Positions 63,834 to 64,000 of a DNA stretch of 64,000 nt are shown piece by piece. How positions within the stretch are numbered: position 1 is the stretch's first letter; every line of letters begins with the position of its first letter. A program made the translations under genes and the position numbers. The notes beneath the pieces are model-generated. The model ran no database searches, was not told the DNA's origin, and saw only the letters and a program-made list of their open reading frames with translations. The stretch lies in NCBI GenBank assembly GCA_030704615.1, contig CM060733.1, forward strand, positions 36,022,001-36,086,000. Reading direction: 5' to 3'. Source of the stretch: Takakia lepidozioides. Lineage: Eukaryota > Plantae > Bryophyta.

Positions 63834-64000
63834 AGAGAGAGAGAGAGAGAATGTACTCATAATTGCTGTAGCCTTGTGTCATAGACCCTGCACCCAGTTT
63901 GGGCGGAACAAGAGGAAACAGACACTACCTTTGTGAGGGGCTCACTCTAGTGGTGGGACTTACCTTGGTATAAATAATTGGTTCCGGTTTTCCAGATTTT
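63834..64000 (-). mobile_element. (CT)n-associated element, copy 5 (RFC4 intron, runs off the window)
   Basis: (GA)n then aatgtactcataattgctgtagccttgtgtcatagaccctgcacccagtttgggcggaaca. Confidence 0.8.

Overview
Eukaryotic land-plant genomic DNA, most consistent with a bryophyte (moss-like; inferred from gene and TE content). Nine spliced or intronless host genes could be reconstructed by hand: a 9-exon CYP85-clan cytochrome P450, a 15-exon MSH2, SDH5, a class I/II PLP aminotransferase (At1g77670/GTK-like), an 82-aa DFRP_C-like microprotein, a frameshifted DUF2921 membrane protein, a cytosolic HSP70, an MFL1-like carrier and the 3' part of RFC4. The space between them is rich in mobile DNA. 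A nest at about 29.7-38 kb is a decayed L1/Tx1-type LINE hit by two copies of a TIR element and by a solo LTR that itself contains a second solo LTR. Elsewhere there are gypsy and CRE-type remnants, a hAT-type MITE and several recent tandem duplications. The most interesting unannotated signals are: (i) three copies of a ~170-nt tRNA-Lys-like Pol III unit (TATA, A/B boxes, structured body, UUCG hairpin, oligo-T); (ii) a five-copy intronic ~250-bp retroposon associated with (CT)n microsatellites; (iii) a probable CUG-initiated transit-peptide extension on the aminotransferase; (iv) HSE-bearing antisense LTR promoters inside the P450; (v) loss of the I-helix acid in that P450. All homology calls are from motif recognition, not from database searches.
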